Shown here: one piece after another, positions 23,843 to 24,832 of the stretch
How the letters are laid out: each line of letters begins with the position of its first letter
How positions within the stretch are numbered: position 1 is the stretch's first letter
IMG/VR virus record: IMGVR_UViG_2737471828_000007
DNA from: a virus
Lineage: Duplodnaviria; Heunggongvirae; Uroviricota; Caudoviricetes
Length of the DNA stretch: 24,832 bases
Direction: 5' to 3' (one strand)
Made by a program: the position numbers and the translations under genes
The notes under the pieces: model-generated
Seen by the model: only the letters and a program-made list of their open reading frames with translations
Databases searched by the model: none
Told to the model about the DNA's origin: nothing

Positions 23843-24832
23843 ATGGCAATTAAAGCGCTCGATGGTGGACGGTATAAAGTGGATGTTAGACCGCGTGGCC
23901 GAAGTGGACGTCGGATTCAGCGGATTTTTAAGAAAAAGGCAGATGCAGTGGCCTTTGAGCGTTATGTTCTCAGCCACATGCACGATAAGGAATGGCTTGA
24001 AAAGCCAACAGAGCAACGTCATCTCTCAGATCTGCTTCCGTTATGGTGGGAATTGGGTGGACGCAATAAGCCATATGCTAACGGCGTTCTAACCAGGTTG
24101 AAAAAAATCATCAAAGAAATGAATGATCCAAGGGTTAGCCAGATTAATGCTCGTTTCATGGCCGCTTATCGAAGCTCCCGTTTATCCTTGGGAGTAAAAG
24201 AGTCTACTGTTCGGCGTGATGAGTCGGATCTCGGAGGAATGTTTACACTCCTGGCAAATGCCGGGGAATTTCACGGAGAAAATCCGCTCCGCGCCCTCCC
24301 CTCTTTGAAACGAAAATCACCCGAAATGACGTATCTCACCACGGAAGAAATCGCCAAATTACTGGATGCAGTAAGCGGTGATGCCCGGCGGATTACGCTA
24401 CTTTGTCTCAGTACTGGTGCGAGATGGGGAGAAGCGAAAAATCTGCGCGCGGAACACATCATCAATAACCGCGTGACGTTTAACAAAACTAAAAACGGAA
24501 AAGTTCGAATTATTCCTGTCTCTGATGAAGTTGTTAGTGAGATCAAAACAAAGAAATCCGGCCTTTTGTTTGACGTCAATTATGAGGAATATCGCAAGGT
24601 GCTTCGCAGTGTTAAGCCTGACCTACCGAAAGGGCAGGCTGTACATGTTCTACGCCATACCTTTGCAGCTCACTTTATGATTAATGGAGGAAATATACTT
24701 ACGCTCCAGCGAATTATGGGGCACGCCACGATCCAGCAAACTATGACCTATGCGCACCTCGCTCCTGATTTCCTCCAGGATGCAATTTCACTTAATCCGT
24801 TAAAAGGAGGTATCCACATTTCATCCACATAA
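23843..24832 (+). CDS. int: Tyrosine integrase (P2 Int-like)
   Basis: Track ORF 23810..24832; start at ATG 23843 (MAIKALDGGRYKVDVRPRGR...) with GGAGGG RBS; conserved LSTGARWGEA, HVLRHTFA, GHATIQQTMTYAH catalytic motifs; TAA stop is the last three bases of the window. Confidence 0.9.
   Translation: MAIKALDGGRYKVDVRPRGRSGRRIQRIFKKKADAVAFERYVLSHMHDKEWLEKPTEQRHLSDLLPLWWELGGRNKPYANGVLTRLKKIIKEMNDPRVSQINARFMAAYRSSRLSLGVKESTVRRDESDLGGMFTLLANAGEFHGENPLRALPSLKRKSPEMTYLTTEEIAKLLDAVSGDARRITLLCLSTGARWGEAKNLRAEHIINNRVTFNKTKNGKVRIIPVSDEVVSEIKTKKSGLLFDVNYEEYRKVLRSVKPDLPKGQAVHVLRHTFAAHFMINGGNILTLQRIMGHATIQQTMTYAHLAPDFLQDAISLNPLKGGIHISST

Larger units (their letters stand above)
1..24832. mobile_element. P2/186-family temperate prophage, partial; late tail, lysis and head genes, packaging genes, cargo region, early replication operon, immunity switch and integrase
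   Basis: Gene order and protein similarity to P2 late and early genes throughout; tyrosine integrase at the right edge ending at the last base of the window, so the attachment junction lies beyond it. Confidence 0.9.

Noticed and set aside
1-24832. CRISPR arrays, rRNA or canonical tRNA genes, transposase or insertion-sequence elements
   Set aside because: No regularly spaced direct repeats with unique spacers, no rRNA-like or cloverleaf-compatible segments, and no transposase-like ORFs or terminal inverted repeats were seen; the only recombinase is the phage integrase.

Overview
This window is most of a P2/186-family temperate prophage of an enterobacterium, read in reverse relative to the usual P2 map; the part most worth follow-up is a plasmid-type ParM/ParR partition cassette with unknown cargo genes sitting where P2 carries tin/old. 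From left to right it holds the tail-fibre and baseplate genes, the lysis cassette, the head genes on the minus strand, the terminase and portal genes on the plus strand, the cargo region, the early replication operon, and the immunity switch with the integrase at the right edge. The remaining late genes, the alternative tail-fibre half and both attachment sites lie outside the window. All calls rest on the six-frame ORF track plus my recognition of protein families and motifs by eye; no searches were run. Start codons were refined by hand where the track's first M was a GTG/TTG or lay upstream of an RBS-supported ATG. Printed coordinates disagreed with the ORF track by 1 nt at one place (major capsid start), so hand-placed motif coordinates may be off by 1. 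Other points of interest are two structured non-coding islands, an M15-peptidase endolysin in place of the P2 lysozyme, and a probable invertible tail-fibre segment truncated by the window edge. I could not locate cos, a Hin/Gin-type crossover site, or a perfect P2 late-promoter dyad by eye.
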